Origin: Eremomyces bilateralis CBS 781.70
Lineage: Eukaryota
Length of the DNA: 64,000 nucleotides
NCBI GenBank assembly: GCA_010015585.1
Contig: ML975160.1
Strand: one strand, 5' to 3'
The position numbers were made by a program, and so were the translations under genes. Below, piece after piece: positions 60,617 through 64,000 of the stretch; position 1 is the stretch's first letter; every line of letters starts with the position of its first letter. Under the pieces are notes generated by a model. The model was not told where the DNA came from, made no database searches, and was given only the letters and a program-made list of their open reading frames with translations.

Positions 60617-62500
60617 TCACCCAAGACTCTGCAAGATGCTAGTCAACGTCTGCTTATCATACTTGACATGCTTTCCCTTTCCCTTATCCACCTCATGGTA
60701 CCGGTCCCAGAATCGCCCATACATCGGCTCAATCAACCGCGTGATCTCCGTCTGCACCATGCTTCGGACCTCCCGTTCCATCTTGAGCTGCTTGTGTTTG
60801 GAAACCAGGTCATCGAATGACGTATTGAACTGTCGGAACTTTTCCTTCACCCCATCCCGGTCTCGGGACGACATCGACTTGATCATGGCCGCCGAATCCA
60901 CGGTAGCCGCCGTCGACGGAGGTCGCGGCGCTCGATTCGTATATTGCACGTCGAACAGCAGGATCGAGCATTCCTTCCATGCGTCGACGTATGCCTGAAC
61001 CGACTTCTTTCGCCACATCTCCACCTTCGGAGCCAGCCCGGAAAGAAGACTGGCCAGCTCGCTCGTCCGGATGCCGCGGTCGATCACCGCCACATTGTTG
61101 GCGATGAAAATCCCGGCCACCCCTCGAGACTTCATTTGCTTCGCCTTCCCCTCCAGCGAGCCGACGAGGGCGTCGAGCATATCGCTGGCATAGTGTGCGA
61201 ACAGCGACGGGCCATCCGCTCCCACATCGAATGCCTTATTGCTAGACGCCGCGCTGGACGAGGACGCGGACCACCCTCCGTCTCCAAGAGCTCGCATGAC
61301 GCTGGTCAATGGTTCCAAAAAGCCGGCCAATGATTGGAGGCGCCTCATGACTTCCGCGGTAAGCGGGATGGTCGATGCATCCGAAGGTAGGACAGCGAGG
61401 CTTTGCGCGCGGGACCGGGTATCCTCGAGCAGCATAGTCACTGCTGCCTTCGCGGTGTCTCGGATTGGTTTGAGCGCATCGGACAATTGGACTTTCATGG
61501 CGCTTCCGGTGGTGCGTTCCAGATCCACCGACACCTTTTGGATCACTTCGATGATTTCGAAGGCAAGGTAGCAATCCGTAATGATGTTCGATTTGATGTG
61601 GTTGTTCAGCTCTCGAAGGGTTTTATTGAACTCTGAGAAGCTGCTGTTGCACGTGGTGGTAAACACCCTGATCCACTCATCTCGCGGAAAGATGATGTAT
61701 ACGTTTTCGTATTCGGATACGTATAGTCCCGCCAGACAATTCGCGTATGTCCCGATACCTGACGTCCCTCGCCGATACAGCGTATCCGGTGATGTTTTTC
61801 TCGCTGTCGACACCGACGCCGAAGCAAGGTTGCGTAGTGAGATGGCAATATACTCGCCTCGGACGTCGGTATAGATCTTCACCGAAGGATACTCGCGCTT
61901 CCCCTGTGTCGAGGTCTGGGCAACAGAATCCATGATGTGTGTGTTGATAGTTTGTAATAATGTGACCTTCTCTTGTGGAATCTTCGGGAATGGAAGCTGC
62001 TTGGTGATAAAATGGAGCGGTTCAACTGGCCGAGCATCTTCTCGCAATGTATCCCTGAATATGTCTTCCATCTGCATGGTGCCTCCTTTCAGCCACGTCT
62101 CAATCTCGCTCATTGCTTGCTGATTGCACTGGAAGTTCGAGTTCTTTAGCTCTGCTAACGAACGCGTCGCCCGCTCCAGCGATGCAATGTAGTCTGGCAA
62201 TCCCACTTGCCTGGGACCTGCTTTCACGATTCGCTCTTCTCGTCGGGCCCCCTCAACTGGCTCGAATATCCGATCGATCGCATCGATGACATGGTCGATG
62301 TTGCCATTCATCGTCTGGAGCCCCGACGTGTTACCGTAGACCGGTCGAATCGCGTCTTCCATATTCTTGCCATTGGTCTCCAACCTGTTCAGGGAGCCTT
62401 GGATCTTCTTCCTGAGTCCATCCAGCTTATCGATGTTGGCAGTGAGCACCTCGACTTCGGCGCTATCTTCCGCCAGGGCAGTTCGGTGGACGTCGGGCAT
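60617..62500 (-). CDS. EXO70: Exocyst subunit Exo70
   Basis: AEDSAEVEVL, IFIANN, KEKFRQFNTSFDDLV and PMYGRFWDRY..KHVKYDK. 627-aa intronless ORF. Confidence 0.95.
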   Translation of the reverse strand: MPDVHRTALAEDSAEVEVLTANIDKLDGLRKKIQGSLNRLETNGKNMEDAIRPVYGNTSGLQTMNGNIDHVIDAIDRIFEPVEGARREERIVKAGPRQVGLPDYIASLERATRSLAELKNSNFQCNQQAMSEIETWLKGGTMQMEDIFRDTLREDARPVEPLHFITKQLPFPKIPQEKVTLLQTINTHIMDSVAQTSTQGKREYPSVKIYTDVRGEYIAISLRNLASASVSTARKTSPDTLYRRGTSGIGTYANCLAGLYVSEYENVYIIFPRDEWIRVFTTTCNSSFSEFNKTLRELNNHIKSNIITDCYLAFEIIEVIQKVSVDLERTTGSAMKVQLSDALKPIRDTAKAAVTMLLEDTRSRAQSLAVLPSDASTIPLTAEVMRRLQSLAGFLEPLTSVMRALGDGGWSASSSSAASSNKAFDVGADGPSLFAHYASDMLDALVGSLEGKAKQMKSRGVAGIFIANNVAVIDRGIRTSELASLLSGLAPKVEMWRKKSVQAYVDAWKECSILLFDVQYTNRAPRPPSTAATVDSAAMIKSMSSRDRDGVKEKFRQFNTSFDDLVSKHKQLKMEREVRSMVQTEITRLIEPMYGRFWDRYHEVDKGKGKHVKYDKQTLTSILQSLG

Positions 62501-63315
62501 GTTGTTGGTGGTAGCGGGTCGAGTGTTCTAGAGGAGCGGTCCCTCGAAGGCGTCGATAGCTTGAGGTGCTATGTATTGTGGTGGTAAAGGATAAAACCGG
62601 TTCGGGGTTCTAGTATGAGAGGGGTAGAAGACATCAGTCGTAAAGATGATCCGCTGAGATCCCGCTGGTGCGCGCTGCGGCCATTCTACATCATGACTGC
62701 GCGATCAGGAGGATGACCAAAGACATCCACGCGGTAGAGAGGACAAGAGCTAGTACCGCGCATGTAGACTCCCGTAGCTGAAGTCAGGCACTTGACTGGA
62801 GGGGTGCGGATAACAACGATAAGGTCCGAGTAACCAAGGAATAATACAGAGTTCCCTAAATTCTAACACCAGTATAGGTACAGGACGTCTATCCGTAGCT
62901 TGGTCGATCACTTCAAGACTCAAGTTGCCTGTTGTCACTTGTCAGTTCCGTTGTCGGTCGTCACGCTTAGCTTGAGCGACAGCTGCAAGGAACAAGGAAA
63001 AGAGGCCTGTGATTGGTTCATCCCCAATACCTTACGTCAATCCGACAATATTACATTCGTGCCATGGTTCCAAGGCACAAAAAGGGACGTCAAAGTCATG
63101 ATTGTGCCCTGAGTAGTTACTTCGTACAATCATCAGACAATACCTCGAACTCATCGAAACATGGCAAGGAGATAGCTATGGTTTCCATTCGGAGGTAACC
63201 TTTCGCCAAAAAGGTACTGGTTCTACCAAGCATTCCGAGATATGACATCCAAGTCAGTTATGAATGCTATTCCACGCAACAGATGGAGGCCGTCGGCATG
63301 TCCCAGGATCAGTAA

Positions 63316-64000
63316 ATGCTATGCTTATCATTTCCCAAGGTCGGTCAAGCAATGAACAATGCAATTGCTTCGCATTCGGTTCCTAGGGTCAACGAAACAT
63401 GCTTACGAATACCTAGATCATATATATCGAGGAGGTCGCACTCGTGGCGAGCTTCGAAAGGACGCCTTCATCAGCAAAAGTCATTCATCTGTCTAGCTGG
63501 GTCCATTAGTTGCGTTGTCGTGGGATTAAGTCTCTATTTGAACGGAAACCTTGTTCCATTGTATGAAGGGCGAGCATTTTGCGATGGGCCAAGGTCGGGA
63601 CCGTCGTGGCCTTCGGAAGGGCCCGTTGTGATACACCGGGGCCGGAGGTTTAAGTCTGGTGATACTATTTCTGAAGACCCCGAACCGCTATCTCAGACAG
63701 AGGTGGTGGAGGACAATGATACTCGAAAGGAGTCGATGCCAATCGACGACACGCCCCCAGAGGATGGGCCATCAAACGTCCAATCCAACACGGGGACTGC
63801 CAACTGGTCTTCTGTTCAGGAGAAGATAACCGAGTTCTTGATCCCTGATTGGGTTCGTGTACTCCCCGAATATATCACGAAGTTACAGAAGGAAGTGTCA
63901 CGGGCACCCGGATCTCTTGCCGACATGATTTGGCAGGAAGCGAATGACCCCGAGATGCATCCGGAGATCATCTGGGACTGCCAAGTTCGTATATCGGACA
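63316..64000 (+). CDS. Cytosolic phospholipase A2 / lysophospholipase family protein, 5' part (runs off the window)
   Basis: Frame open from ATG 63316 to the window end. IPDWVRVLPEYITKLQKEVSRAPGSLADMIWQEANDPEMHPEI resembles the conserved pre-catalytic segment of fungal cPLA2-like proteins. The catalytic domain is not in the window and the start is uncertain. Confidence 0.7.
   Translation, partial: MLCLSFPKVGQAMNNAIASHSVPRVNETCLRIPRSYISRRSHSWRASKGRLHQQKSFICLAGSISCVVVGLSLYLNGNLVPLYEGRAFCDGPRSGPSWPSEGPVVIHRGRRFKSGDTISEDPEPLSQTEVVEDNDTRKESMPIDDTPPEDGPSNVQSNTGTANWSSVQEKITEFLIPDWVRVLPEYITKLQKEVSRAPGSLADMIWQEANDPEMHPEIIWDCQVRISD

Noticed and set aside
1..64000. tRNA or rRNA genes
   Set aside because: No cloverleaf or rRNA signature was found by eye; tRNAscan-SE or barrnap would be needed to exclude them.

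Overview
Gene-dense, intron-containing genomic DNA from a filamentous ascomycete fungus (Pezizomycotina-type GT..CTRAC..AG introns; species not determinable from sequence). About 21 protein-coding genes can be modelled. Most are housekeeping: KRE6/SKN1, THI80, two Zn2Cys6 factors, a flavin reductase, RSE1, MSS51, a histidine acid phosphatase, NRDE-2, RDH54, PSD1, a Usa1/HERP-like protein, POM33, a cyclin-like protein, CDC3, EXO70 and a cPLA2. An accessory block lies at about 22.9-34.3 kb. Its first part is a decayed Fot1/pogo DNA transposon (TIRs, TA target duplication) carrying a nested composite insert. That insert is a ~1.36-kb non-coding, hairpin-rich element with 152-bp terminal direct repeats 1210 bp apart and a near-textbook HDV-like self-cleaving ribozyme fold, fused to the 3' end of a Tad1-like LINE with a (TTA)n tail. 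This retrozyme-like or circular-RNA-like element is the most unusual thing in the window. The second part of the block is a head-to-head pair of a large AAA+ ATPase and a NACHT-like protein lacking Walker A. A spliced 30-aa CxxC/CxxC microprotein gene, not called as such in the ORF track, is also present. All family calls come from motif recognition by eye; no database searches or folding programs were run.
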